Shown here: one piece after another, positions 19,954 to 29,220 of the stretch
Layout: each line of letters begins with the position of its first letter
Numbering within the stretch: position 1 is the first letter of the stretch
Assembly: GCA_023554445.1 (NCBI GenBank)
Contig: JAMJQQ010000119.1
Coordinates: forward strand, 1,925-65,924
Origin: Candidatus Carthagonibacter metallireducens
GTDB taxonomy: Bacteria; Gemmatimonadota; Gemmatimonadetes; Palauibacterales; Palauibacteraceae
Direction: 5' to 3'
Length of the DNA stretch: 64,000 nt
Made by a program: the position numbers and the translations under genes
The notes under the pieces: model-generated
Databases searched by the model: none
Told to the model about the DNA's origin: nothing
What the model saw: the letters and a program-made list of their open reading frames with translations, nothing else

Positions 19954-20117
19954 CCTGACAGGCAGGCCGGGCGACATGTCCGGGGAACCGAAACCGCCAC
20001 ATGCATGGCTGCCATCCCCTCTATCTGAGGACCATTGCGCGTTGCTGCCGGCAAGGCGCACTTTCGGCCGACACGACTCGGAGGCAAGCCGGACTTCCTT
20101 CTATCCGGTTACACGGG

Positions 20118-21290
20118 TTGACTGAGACGACGACCATACCGGAGCCGCGTGAACGTGGCCCCCTGGACCATCCCCTGGTTCGGGCGGCCCTGGTACTTCT
20201 GTTGCTCTACGTCTTTCTCGTCGGAGTCAACGGTCTCGGAGACGGATTCAAGTCGCTGGGAGCCGGGCTGCTCGACTCCTTCTTCCGTGCCACCGAGAAT
20301 CCCTTCATGGGGCTGATGGTCGGAGTTCTCGCAACGACCCTGGTGCAGAGCTCCTCTGTATCGACTTCCCTGATCGTTGGCCTCGTGGCGGCCCCGGCGA
20401 ATCCTCTCCCGCTGGCCAACGCCATCCCGATGGTCATGGGCGCCAACATCGGGACGACCGTGACGAACACCCTCGTCTCGATGGCTCACATGGGACGCCG
20501 TCAGGAATTCGAACGGGCATTCGCCGTGGCCACGTGCCACGACTTCTTCAACTTCCTGGCGGTAGCGATCTTCCTCCCGCTGGAGATGGCGACCGGCTAC
20601 CTGCAGAAGTCGGCGACCTGGCTGTCCGGGAAGCTGACGGGCATCGGGGGCGTCGAATACGACAGTCCGTTGAAGGGAGCTCTGAAGGCTACCGTCGCAC
20701 CCATCAAGGATGTGCTTCAGGCCATCCTGCCGACCGATCGCCTGGCGGCCGTGGCGCTGATTCTGGTCTCCGGCCTCCTGATTTACCTGGCCCTGATGCT
20801 GCTCGTGAAGACCATGCGCAGCTTCATGCAGGCCCGGGTAGAGACGATCGTGTCCCGTGGCCTGTACAAGGCGCCGGCCTTCGCGATCGTCGTCGGGATC
20901 GTGGTCACCGTCATGGTGCAGTCGAGCTCGATCACGACGTCGCTCCTCGTGCCCCTCGCTGGAGCCGGCCTGATCACCCTCGAGCAGGCCTTCCCGATCA
21001 CCATTGGCGCCAACATCGGTACGACCATCACGGCCGCTCTCGCGGCACTTGCGGCGACCGGCCCGAACGCGCGGTGGGGGATCACGATCGCCCTCGTTCA
21101 CTTCCTGTTCAACCTCTCGGCGACTCTCTTCATTTACCCGATTCCGAGGATCCGGGAGATCCCGCTGAACGCCGCGAGGAAGCTGGCGTCCATTGCGGTG
21201 GAATCGCGCAGGTGGGCGCTGATTTACGTGCTCGCATTGTTCTACGGAGTGCCGCTGCTGTTCGCGGGGCTCAATCACCTACTCAACTGA
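20118..21290 (+). CDS. Na+/phosphate cotransporter (NptA/SLC34 family); start uncertain
   Basis: Two repeats of QSSS and GANIGTT; AVATCHDFFN. Confidence 0.92.
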   Translation: MTETTTIPEPRERGPLDHPLVRAALVLLLLYVFLVGVNGLGDGFKSLGAGLLDSFFRATENPFMGLMVGVLATTLVQSSSVSTSLIVGLVAAPANPLPLANAIPMVMGANIGTTVTNTLVSMAHMGRRQEFERAFAVATCHDFFNFLAVAIFLPLEMATGYLQKSATWLSGKLTGIGGVEYDSPLKGALKATVAPIKDVLQAILPTDRLAAVALILVSGLLIYLALMLLVKTMRSFMQARVETIVSRGLYKAPAFAIVVGIVVTVMVQSSSITTSLLVPLAGAGLITLEQAFPITIGANIGTTITAALAALAATGPNARWGITIALVHFLFNLSATLFIYPIPRIREIPLNAARKLASIAVESRRWALIYVLALFYGVPLLFAGLNHLLN

Positions 21291-21303
21291 AGCCGGGGAC
21301 AGC

Positions 21304-22023
21304 ATGCTGAAGGAACTGATCTCGCTGTTTCGATCCGACCAGCCGCTGCAGGAGATGGGAAAGAACTTCGCGGCGATGCTGAACCTGACGTACGAGATGA
21401 CGATACAGGCTGGCGAGATCTTCTTCGGTGGAGTGGTATCGCCCTCGGACAGCAACAGCCTGTACCAGCGCGATATCCAGGTGAACAAGCTGGAGCGCAG
21501 AATCCGCAAACAGGTGATCGCGCACCTTTCGCTCTCCGGCTCAACTCCCTCTCTCCCCTACTGCCTTCTGCTGGTCAGCCTCGTCAAGGATGTGGAGCGG
21601 ATCGGCGACTACGCGAAGAACCTCGCCGAAGTCAGGCAGTATCATCCGCTTCCGCTGCCCGACGACGAGTTCGTGGCTGAGTTGCAGGCCATCCGTGAGG
21701 GCGTCGAACAGTCGTTCGTCCAGAGCAGAGAGGTGTTCGTGGCGTCGGATCGGGAACGGGCGCTGGACCTGATCCGGGAGGGCCGAAGTCTGACACACCG
21801 GTGCGACATGCTCGTGGCGAGGGTCGCAGCGAGTGACTACGGAGCCCGCGACGCGACGGCGGTCGTCATGGGCGCTCGGTTCTACAAGCGGATCGCCGCG
21901 CACGTCCTGAACATTCTGTCGAGCGTAGTGATGCCTCTGCACAAGCTGGATTATTACGACGAGAAGGAGCTTCCGCCGGAATTCGCCGACCTCGAGGGAA
22001 CGGCTGACGACGAGGACGATTAG
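21304..22023 (+). CDS. PhoU-domain protein
   Basis: DIQVNKLERRIR, KDVERIGDYAKN, YKRIAAHVLN; directly follows the Na/Pi transporter. Confidence 0.8.
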   Translation: MLKELISLFRSDQPLQEMGKNFAAMLNLTYEMTIQAGEIFFGGVVSPSDSNSLYQRDIQVNKLERRIRKQVIAHLSLSGSTPSLPYCLLLVSLVKDVERIGDYAKNLAEVRQYHPLPLPDDEFVAELQAIREGVEQSFVQSREVFVASDRERALDLIREGRSLTHRCDMLVARVAASDYGARDATAVVMGARFYKRIAAHVLNILSSVVMPLHKLDYYDEKELPPEFADLEGTADDEDD

Positions 22024-22025
22024 AG

Positions 22026-22043
22026 TCGGGGCGGCCGGATTCG
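22026..22043 (-). repeat. 18-bp direct repeat of the tRNA-Pro 3' end
   Basis: tcggggcggccggattcg identical at 22026-22043 and 22137-22154. Confidence 0.8.
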
Positions 22044-22136
22044 GCGTCGCGGCCCACCCCCGACATTGAGCACGCACAGCGGGCGAACTACCGGCGCCCG
22101 GCCGCTAAGTTCGAGATGACGTCGATGACGAAGAAA

Positions 22137-22210
22137 TCGGGGCGGCCGGATTCGAACCGGCGACCCCCTGCTCCCAAAGCAGGTGCGCTACCGGACTGCG
22201 CCACGCCCCG
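22137..22210 (-). tRNA. tRNA-Pro(TGG), CCA not encoded
   Basis: CGGGGCGTGGCGCAGTCCGGTAGCGCACCTGCTTTGGGAGCAGG...GGTTCGAATCCGGCCGCCCCGA cloverleaf. Confidence 0.96.
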
Positions 22211-22284
22211 ATGATGTGCTGTTCATCGATCCCCTGACGGGACCCCTGTTCGCCTGGCCCGCCGCCGGCGGGCTACTTGCTGCT

Positions 22285-22356
22285 TCAGCCGTGGCCTGAA
22301 CGGGTCCACAGCCAGAGTACGACACCAATCGCCACGACTGACAGTACTTCCGTCAA
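22285..22356 (-). CDS. Candidate 23-aa single-TM micropeptide
   Basis: GGAGGA RBS + TTG; MTEVLSVVAIGVVLWLWTRSGHG then TGA. Confidence 0.4.
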   Translation of the reverse strand: MTEVLSVVAIGVVLWLWTRSGHG

Positions 22357-22435
22357 CTCATCCTCCACTGGTGGTCTTCCTGGGCGCCCCGAAACTGGCG
22401 CAGCTCGAATCCGCACGCCAGCCCGACACCCGAAT

Positions 22436-24178
22436 TCACGTTCGCGCCGACCGCACCCGGCGGACGGCCGCGGCGCCCTCGAACAGTAGCCATAGTTCGA
22501 GTGCGAAGATCCCTCCCCCGACGACCAGAAGCATCGTCTGACTCTCACGAACGAACCGCAGAAGGTTGAGCACCATCGCCCAGGTCGTCATGAACAGCAG
22601 GAACCCCATAGGCACGACGGTGATCCAGATCGGCCGGCGGAGCCTGAAGAGGAATAGCGTCAGGATCAGCAGACTGAGCCCGGCCAGCAGCTGGTTCGTG
22701 GTGCCGAACAGAGGCCAGAGACGCATGCCACCCGCCCCCCGATCCAGTCCGAGCGCCAGAAGGCCGCAACTGGTGACCGCGATGAAGGTGGCCAGCCAGC
22801 GATTCTGGATCATCTTGATGCCGTACTCCGCACCCAGCTCCGCGATGATATAGCGCTGAAGACGGACGCTCGTGTCCAGGGTAGTGGCGGCGAAGCTGAT
22901 CACGACTACGGCCGCGAAGATCGTGGCGACGGCATGGGGAATGCCGATGCCTTCAGCCAGCACTCCGACGCCGTTCACGAATGCCGTCGTCGCTCCCGTC
23001 GAGGCGCTCGACCAGCTCGCGTAATGCTCCTGCCAGCCTTCTGCTCCGACGTAGAGCGCGAATCCCGCGGTGGTCGCGAGAATCGATGTCAGGGCGAGCG
23101 CCCCTTCTCCGAGCGCACCTCCATAGCCGACGTAACGAGCATCCGTCTCCCTGTCGAGCTGTTTGGAGGAGGTCCCCGAGGCCACGAGACCGTGGAATCC
23201 GCTGATCGCCCCGCACGCGATCGTGATGAACAGCAGGGGGAACCAGGACGGTGCGTCGGACGGCAGCGCGAGATTCACCGCGGGAGCCAGCACGGGTGGA
23301 TTCGTCACCAGCACCCCGAGGGAGATGATCCCCAGCGCGACGAACAGCTGGTGCCCGTTCACGTAGTCGCGCGGCTGCAGGAGGAGCCATACGGGAAGTA
23401 CACTGGCGACGAAGGTGTACGCGAACAGGATGAGGATCCAGCTGATCCGCCGGCCGTCGTTCGCCGCGGCTTGCGCCGCGGCAGCAGGGTCGCCCGAGGC
23501 CGCCGAGAGCTGCGCGCCGGTCGGTGCTAGACCGAAGAAGTCCGGCAGGGTGAAGGGCACGTACTGACCGAGCCAGATCAGGCCGTACAGGACCAGCAGC
23601 GCCCCGATCGACGGGGCCAGGATACCGGCACCCGTGCGGTAGATCAGCAGGCCCACCACGAGCGCCACGACGAGAGAACCCCAGACCGGGAGCACGGCTC
23701 CGGGATTGGCGAGAAACAGGTTCGCGATGATCACCGCGAACACGGCGTTCACCATCAGGAGCAGGAAGAAGATCAGCAGCAGGAAGAGCACCCGGGCCCT
23801 CGGCCCGACGATCTCCTCCGTCAGCGTCCCGATACTGTTTCCCCGATGCCGGACGGAGAGCCACAGGGTTCCGAAGTCGTGCACGGCTCCCGCGAAGATC
23901 GTCCCCAGCACCACCCAGAGGAATGCCGGCAGCCAGCCCCAGATCACCCCGATCGCCGGTCCGACGATGGGAGCCGCGCCCGCGACGGAGGTGAAATGGT
24001 GCCCGAACAACACGTGACGGTTCGTCGGCACGAAGTCGACTCCGTCCTCGAATTGATGGGCGGGGGTGACGAAGTCCGGGTCGAGTCGGTAGATCCGCTT
24101 CGCGATATAGCGCGAATAGACCAGGTAACCCGTGATGAACGCCGAGAAGCCGGTAACGAGGAGCGCGATGGCGCTCAT
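22436..24178 (-). CDS. cstA: Carbon starvation protein A family transporter
   Basis: DGVDFVPTN..VLFGHHFTSVAGAAPIVGP, GAVHDF, LPVWLLLQPRDY, ITIACGAISGFH, TTLDT, LWPLFGTTNQLLA. Confidence 0.94.
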   Translation of the reverse strand: MSAIALLVTGFSAFITGYLVYSRYIAKRIYRLDPDFVTPAHQFEDGVDFVPTNRHVLFGHHFTSVAGAAPIVGPAIGVIWGWLPAFLWVVLGTIFAGAVHDFGTLWLSVRHRGNSIGTLTEEIVGPRARVLFLLLIFFLLLMVNAVFAVIIANLFLANPGAVLPVWGSLVVALVVGLLIYRTGAGILAPSIGALLVLYGLIWLGQYVPFTLPDFFGLAPTGAQLSAASGDPAAAAQAAANDGRRISWILILFAYTFVASVLPVWLLLQPRDYVNGHQLFVALGIISLGVLVTNPPVLAPAVNLALPSDAPSWFPLLFITIACGAISGFHGLVASGTSSKQLDRETDARYVGYGGALGEGALALTSILATTAGFALYVGAEGWQEHYASWSSASTGATTAFVNGVGVLAEGIGIPHAVATIFAAVVVISFAATTLDTSVRLQRYIIAELGAEYGIKMIQNRWLATFIAVTSCGLLALGLDRGAGGMRLWPLFGTTNQLLAGLSLLILTLFLFRLRRPIWITVVPMGFLLFMTTWAMVLNLLRFVRESQTMLLVVGGGIFALELWLLFEGAAAVRRVRSART

Positions 24179-25152
24179 CCGACCATTCCTCCCGCCGCCG
24201 GATCTCGAGTCGATCTGATGCTTCGCCCCAGTTCCCGGAGAGCCTCGAGGCCGACGACCTCCTTCGAGGCCGAAGGGACCTCCCAGCTCGACAGGTCCAT
24301 GTGCATAAGCGCGGAAAGTTCTGTCGGAACGGCCGCGAAAGCGTCGTCAGCCCGGTTGATGACCAGCCCGCCGATCGGAATCTGGTATTGGCGTAAAGTC
24401 TCGATCGCCCTTCGGGTCTCGAGAATCGGCAGCCGCTGGGGAGTGAGGACGAAGATGAAGGAAGTGTGCGCGTGATCCGTGAGGATTTCCCGAGCGCGCG
24501 AGAAGCGCTCGCGTCGATCCAGCAGTGCCTCGAGGACAGGATCCTTTGACTCTTCCAGTGATCCCGTGCCGGAGGAACCCCGCACCGACCGATCGCTGGC
24601 GGCCGCCGCGCCGGCCACGTTCCGCCACATGCGTCCGAGGGCACCGACCTTCCGCCTCCGCTGAATCATGCCCGACATCCAGGCGGTCATCAATTCGGGG
24701 AGTCCGAGCAGCCTCAGGGTGTGACCCGTCGGAGCCGTATCGAACACGATGTGCGCGTAGTCCGCCGATGCCTCCAGCACTCTCGCGAAGCGCTCGAACA
24801 GGGCTGCTTCCTCCGCACCGGGCGAGAGGCGGGCCACATCGATTTGCCGCTCCACTTCCGCCACCAGCCGGGGAGGCACCACATCCTCGGTGCGACGCTT
24901 CACTTCCTCGATGTAGCGCTCTGCCTCCACTGCGGGATCGAGCTCCATGGCGTCGAGCCCCTCGGCTACGCTTCGCGGTTCGTTGCCCAGCTCGAGCTCG
25001 AGAATGTCGCTCGTCGAGTGCGCCGGATCGGTCGAGACGAGCAAGGTGCGCCGACCGTCGTCAGCCGCTGCGAGAGAGGCGGCGGAGGCGATCGTGGTCT
25101 TGCCCACACCCCCCTTGCCGCCGAAGAAAGTGACCGGCCGGTTCAACAGCAT
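24175..25152 (-). CDS. Single-domain ArsA/Get3(TRC40)-family ATPase
   Basis: GGKGGVGKTT, STDPAHS, SPGAEE, FDTAPTGHTLRLL. Confidence 0.9.
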   Translation of the reverse strand: MLLNRPVTFFGGKGGVGKTTIASAASLAAADDGRRTLLVSTDPAHSTSDILELELGNEPRSVAEGLDAMELDPAVEAERYIEEVKRRTEDVVPPRLVAEVERQIDVARLSPGAEEAALFERFARVLEASADYAHIVFDTAPTGHTLRLLGLPELMTAWMSGMIQRRRKVGALGRMWRNVAGAAAASDRSVRGSSGTGSLEESKDPVLEALLDRRERFSRAREILTDHAHTSFIFVLTPQRLPILETRRAIETLRQYQIPIGGLVINRADDAFAAVPTELSALMHMDLSSWEVPSASKEVVGLEALRELGRSIRSTRDPAAGGMVG

Positions 25153-25493
25153 CGGAACCCACCCTCCGGAGCCTGCTCCATGCCGAGCCGCATGTGCCAC
25201 TCGTGGAAGCTCTCGATCGTGTCGGGCAACAGTTCGAGCGTGTAGAAGGAGACCGGGCTCGGAATCCCGAGCATGTCGGACATACCGAGAATGAGGAACA
25301 GGTCGCGCTGGCGCAGATACTCCCGGTGGATTTCCCTGCGGTAAGGCGCGACGTAGACACCTTCGTATATGTCGCGGGCGGCACGGAGTCTGAGGCGGAC
25401 CGTCGCCCACACCGCGGCCCTGTCCGCCGCGACGCGGTCCGCGTCTTCCGTCCGACGGTGATCCCCGGACTCTCCGCCGGTCGTGCCCCTCAT
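25143..25493 (-). CDS. cory-CC-star-type small protein (ends in Cys-Cys)
   Basis: APYRREI..DLFLIL..LGIPSPVSFYTLELLP..FHEWHMRLGMEQAPEGGFRCC*; adjacent to the ArsA and cstA genes. Confidence 0.8.
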   Translation of the reverse strand: MRGTTGGESGDHRRTEDADRVAADRAAVWATVRLRLRAARDIYEGVYVAPYRREIHREYLRQRDLFLILGMSDMLGIPSPVSFYTLELLPDTIESFHEWHMRLGMEQAPEGGFRCC

Positions 25494-26431
25494 CGATTCG
25501 GACACGGTACTCTCTCGAACGACAACTCCGAGACGGAGTACGCGGCGTCCTCCGCGTCCCGATTCATCGAGCCCCGGTATACCCCTGCGAGTCGATCCTC
25601 TTCCACCCGGAGTCGAATTTCCAGCCCTGGGAATGCCACGATGATGCTGTCTGCCCCCAGTGGCCTCCACGAGGCCGTTGAAGGGGACATGACGCCTGCC
25701 TCGGCATCGGATTCGAATGTGCGTGAATCTTCGGCGACAAACGGATCGGGTTTCGCCTCCAGTCGGAACCAGGCCGTAACGCCGCCCGGCGAGTCCGTCG
25801 CAGAGCGCCAGCACCCGGCGACGCGTGGCGCAGACGCGAGCAGGGCCGGCGCGGGGTTGGCCTCGAGTCGTTCTCGGCCGGCCAGCTCGTCAGCGTCGAC
25901 TCGGGCCGGTTCGGTCGGAGCCTGCCTTAGCTCGGCCGGTTCCGCCTTCTGCCGCTCCGCCGCCTGTCGTGGCGCTTCCTCATCCGGCTCGGCATGCACC
26001 GCTTCCCTCTCGTACTCGAGCGTCGCCGGCAGATCGATGCCACGCCGATCCGACAGTTCACGCGCAAGGACCCCAGCGCTCACCGCCACCGCGATCGTGG
26101 CGGCCCAGGCAAGTCTCACCCGCGGCCCACGAGTCCAGCCGGAGCGACGCTTCGATCGCCCGCCCGCCGGGCGAACAGGTGCGTCACCCCCGGACCTGGC
26201 GGCCGATTCGAGCACCTGGAAGGCAGGCGGCGGCGGGAGGGGCGCATCGCTGGCGAGGAACATCGCGGAAACCGCAGCCTTCGAAGCCCTGGCTTCCTCC
26301 AGTCGGCGCAGGCATTGATCGCACTCTGCCAGGTGCCGCGCCACGGCCTCACCATCCATCCCGACGTCTGCATCGAGAGCGTCGTCGAGCCAGGCGTGCA
26401 GCACGCCATCCTCAATGTGCTGCATGGACAT
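25490..26431 (-). CDS. Zinc-binding (ZAS/zf-HC2) transmembrane anti-sigma factor
   Basis: LHAWLD..HLAECDQC (HxxxCxxC); TM LAWAATIAVAVSAG; overlaps the sigma gene. Confidence 0.82.
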   Translation of the reverse strand: MSMQHIEDGVLHAWLDDALDADVGMDGEAVARHLAECDQCLRRLEEARASKAAVSAMFLASDAPLPPPPAFQVLESAARSGGDAPVRPAGGRSKRRSGWTRGPRVRLAWAATIAVAVSAGVLARELSDRRGIDLPATLEYEREAVHAEPDEEAPRQAAERQKAEPAELRQAPTEPARVDADELAGRERLEANPAPALLASAPRVAGCWRSATDSPGGVTAWFRLEAKPDPFVAEDSRTFESDAEAGVMSPSTASWRPLGADSIIVAFPGLEIRLRVEEDRLAGVYRGSMNRDAEDAAYSVSELSFERVPCPNR

Positions 26432-26924
26432 CCTCGCCTCCCTCCAGCTCCGCGTAGGCGACGGCCAATTTTCGTCGAGCCCGGGACAGCGTCGTCCCTA
26501 CGGCCCCGGGTGACAGACCTGTCGCCTCGGCGATTTCGGCGTAGCTGAACCCTGCCTCGACCATCAGCAGGGATTCCCGCTCGCGCTCATTCAGTGAACC
26601 GAGAGCTTCTCGCACCCGATCACGAGTCTGCTGAATCGTCAGAATCTCATCGGGTGAAGGAGCGCCGCCTCCTGCGTCCGCCGCGACCAGGCGGAGCTTC
26701 TCTCTGCCACGAATCGCGCGCCGAGCCTCATCGCGAGTGAGATTGGCAGCGACCGTGAACAGCCAGGCTCGCGGCGAATCGGGAGTCCGCTCCTCTCCGA
26801 GTGCTCTGATGAATACCTCCTGCGCCAGTTCCTGCGCCCGCTCCGGGTCCCAGATCCGGCGGTCGATGTAACGGACGAGATCTCCCCAGACCTCGCGATA
26901 CAGGCTCGCCCATGGCTCGCTCAA
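26412..26924 (-). CDS. ECF RNA polymerase sigma factor
   Basis: AQELAQEVF, AWLFTVAAN, GFSYAEIAEATG..VGTTLSRARRKL. Confidence 0.92.
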   Translation of the reverse strand: MSEPWASLYREVWGDLVRYIDRRIWDPERAQELAQEVFIRALGEERTPDSPRAWLFTVAANLTRDEARRAIRGREKLRLVAADAGGGAPSPDEILTIQQTRDRVREALGSLNERERESLLMVEAGFSYAEIAEATGLSPGAVGTTLSRARRKLAVAYAELEGGEDVHAAH

Positions 26925-27024
26925 CTGGCGTCTCTCGACCCTGATGACGCCCGGGATGCCCGATCCTGCACAACAAGGCCTGAACGGGAGCCGGACGGCA
27001 GCCCGAGCTTCGTGTCGGCAGTAC

Positions 27025-27636
27025 TCATGACAGCCAGGGACGGAGGCGTCGAATCGCGTCTGCCCGATGGCTGCGAGCAGCCTTTACCTCGGGCGGGAGC
27101 TGCCCGAAAGTCTGCGCCTCACCGTCGGGCAGGAAGAGAGGGTCGTATCCGAATCCGTTCGTGCCCGATTCCCGCTCGGAGATTCGGCCATGTACGGCTC
27201 CCCGGACGAGGAGCGAACGTCGATCGTCCACCAGCGCCAGTACACAGCGGTAGTGCGCACTACGGCCCTCGGCCCGGATGCGCGACAGCCGCTCGAGCAG
27301 CCACGCGTTGTTTGCCGCATCCTCGGTCCGACTCCCGCGAAACTCCGGTGGGGCGAACCTGCGGGAATACACCCCCGGAGCGCCGTCCAGCGCGTCCACA
27401 CAGAGTCCGGAGTCGTCGGCCACCGTCGCCAGTCCCGTCAGCTTTCGGTAGTAGCGCGCCTTCGCGAGTGCATTACCGTGAAACGTGTCATGGATCTCGA
27501 CGGATTCCTCTGCCGGGTGCGGCTCGACGCCGACGTCATCGAGTGAAACGACAGTCGCGGCAGTATCGTGCAGCAGGTCACGGATTTCATCGAGCTTGTG
27601 GGCGTTTCTGGTGGCGACGAGAAGCGTATTCGACAT
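27025..27636 (-). CDS. rdgB: Non-canonical purine NTP pyrophosphatase (RdgB/HAM1)
   Basis: ATRNAHK, ADDSGLCVDALDGAPGVYSRRF, GFGYDPLF, SHR. Confidence 0.93.
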   Translation of the reverse strand: MSNTLLVATRNAHKLDEIRDLLHDTAATVVSLDDVGVEPHPAEESVEIHDTFHGNALAKARYYRKLTGLATVADDSGLCVDALDGAPGVYSRRFAPPEFRGSRTEDAANNAWLLERLSRIRAEGRSAHYRCVLALVDDRRSLLVRGAVHGRISERESGTNGFGYDPLFLPDGEAQTFGQLPPEVKAARSHRADAIRRLRPWLS

Positions 27637-27657
27637 CGAGGTGGCGCCGGGCGGGGC

Positions 27658-28653
27658 TCAGGAACTCCCCACGGTCGCTACGGGACGGCTGGCTGTCGCA
27701 GCCTCGCCCGAGGGATCCGACCCGGCACCGGGATCGAAGCTCAGCACAAGCAGCAGCACCGGAAGATAAACCAGAGAGGTTCGGAACAGTCGCTGTGCAG
27801 ACGGAGAATCGGCCCGGGACCAGAATCGGAGAGCAGCGACCAGATAGGCCACTCCGAGCCCGATCGCCAGGAGCCCGTACAGGGCACCGGAGAGACCGAG
27901 AATCGCCGGAAGCAGGCTGGCAGGAATCAGGGCCAGCGCGTAGAGGACCGCCTGGGTTCGAGTCTGCTCCCCCGACGGATCGGTGACTCCGAGCATTCGC
28001 AGTCCGCCCCGCTGGTAGTCTTCGCGGAACATCCACGCGAGGGCGAGGAAGTGCGGCAGCTGCCAGAAAAACATGATCCCGAACAGAGCCCAGGCCCCGG
28101 GCCCCAGCTCACCACGCGCCGCGGTCCAGCCTCCCATGATCGGAAGCGCTCCCGGTATCGCCCCCACGAGGGTCGAGAGAGACGAGACCCGCTTCAGCGG
28201 CGTGTAGACAAGCACGTAACTCAGGAGCGCAATCGAGGCGAGGAGAGCCGTGAGCGTGTTCACGGCGACGGCGAGCAGTCCGATCCCCGCCAGCGAGATC
28301 GCTGCCGAGAAGAATCCGGCGGCGCGGGGAGTCACACGGCCCGTGGGAAGCGGCCGGTTGCGAGTTCGCTCCATCCGGGCATCCACGTCGCGTTCGATGA
28401 GCTGGTTCAGTGCACTGGTGCCACCGGCCACGAGGCCAATGCCCACCATCGTCAGCAGGAGCAGGCCGGGATCGGGATGCCCGCCGCTCGCAATCACGAA
28501 TCCCGCGGCGCTCGAAACGAGAACCATGGTGGTGATTCGGGGTTTCGTGAGCTGCAACAGATCTGCAGGCCGATTGAGTGCCGCGCCGGAGCCCGCGAGA
28601 CTCCCGGAGGTCGCTTCGCGTATCCGTTCTTCCTGGTCCGTCTGCTTCAACAT
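27658..28653 (-). CDS. cyoE: Heme o synthase (protoheme IX farnesyltransferase)
   Basis: LTKPRI, ERDVDARMERTRNRPLP, YTPLKR, WQLPHF, REDY. Confidence 0.93.
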   Translation of the reverse strand: MLKQTDQEERIREATSGSLAGSGAALNRPADLLQLTKPRITTMVLVSSAAGFVIASGGHPDPGLLLLTMVGIGLVAGGTSALNQLIERDVDARMERTRNRPLPTGRVTPRAAGFFSAAISLAGIGLLAVAVNTLTALLASIALLSYVLVYTPLKRVSSLSTLVGAIPGALPIMGGWTAARGELGPGAWALFGIMFFWQLPHFLALAWMFREDYQRGGLRMLGVTDPSGEQTRTQAVLYALALIPASLLPAILGLSGALYGLLAIGLGVAYLVAALRFWSRADSPSAQRLFRTSLVYLPVLLLVLSFDPGAGSDPSGEAATASRPVATVGSS

Positions 28654-28695
28654 CTTCCCGACCTTCGTTGGGGACAGCCTGACGCGCGTCCGTAT

Positions 28696-29220
28696 TTACT
28701 CGTTCGTGCCCGGCTCACGCAACGCGGCGCCGCGAACTCTCCCGATCAGATCGCTGGTCGATCGACCCTGTTCGAGGTCGATGAGTCGGACCTCTCCCCC
28801 GGCCTCCAGTACCGCCCGCGCGCCGGCGATTTCCTCGATCCGGTAGTCCGCGCCCTTCACCAGCACGTCGGGAAGCAACCGTTCGATCAACGCCGCGGGC
28901 GTGTCGTCCTCGAAGATCGTTACGGCATCCACGCAACGCAGCGCCGCCAGGATCCGTGCCCTGTCCTCCGCCGTCTGAACCGGTCGTCCCGGTCCCTTGA
29001 GCCGATTCGTGGATTGGTCGGAATTGACGGCCACGACGAGTCGGTCGCCACAACCACGCGCCGCTTCCAACGACGTCACGTGCCCGCTGTGAAGCAGATC
29101 GAACACCCCGTTGCTGAAGACCAGCCGGTAACCGCGCGGCCTCCCGTACCTGCCGATGAACTCCTCATTGGAGAGCACCCGGGACGAGGAGTCCTCGTAC
29201 CCGTCCGAATCCCCGGTCAA
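28696..29220 (-). CDS. rfaE2: Heptose 1-phosphate adenylyltransferase (RfaE domain II)
   Basis: FSNGVFDLLHSGH, VNSD, LKGPGRP, PDVLVKGADY. Confidence 0.9.
   Translation of the reverse strand: MTGDSDGYEDSSSRVLSNEEFIGRYGRPRGYRLVFSNGVFDLLHSGHVTSLEAARGCGDRLVVAVNSDQSTNRLKGPGRPVQTAEDRARILAALRCVDAVTIFEDDTPAALIERLLPDVLVKGADYRIEEIAGARAVLEAGGEVRLIDLEQGRSTSDLIGRVRGAALREPGTNE

Noticed and set aside
25143..25145. TGA after the CC* protein's Cys-Cys as a Sec codon
   Set aside because: It overlaps the ATPase start (ATGCTGTTGA) as ordinary translational coupling, and read-through gives an implausible sequence
24175..25152. Arsenic resistance operon
   Set aside because: No arsR/B/C/D nearby; the ATPase is single-domain and lacks Cys ligands
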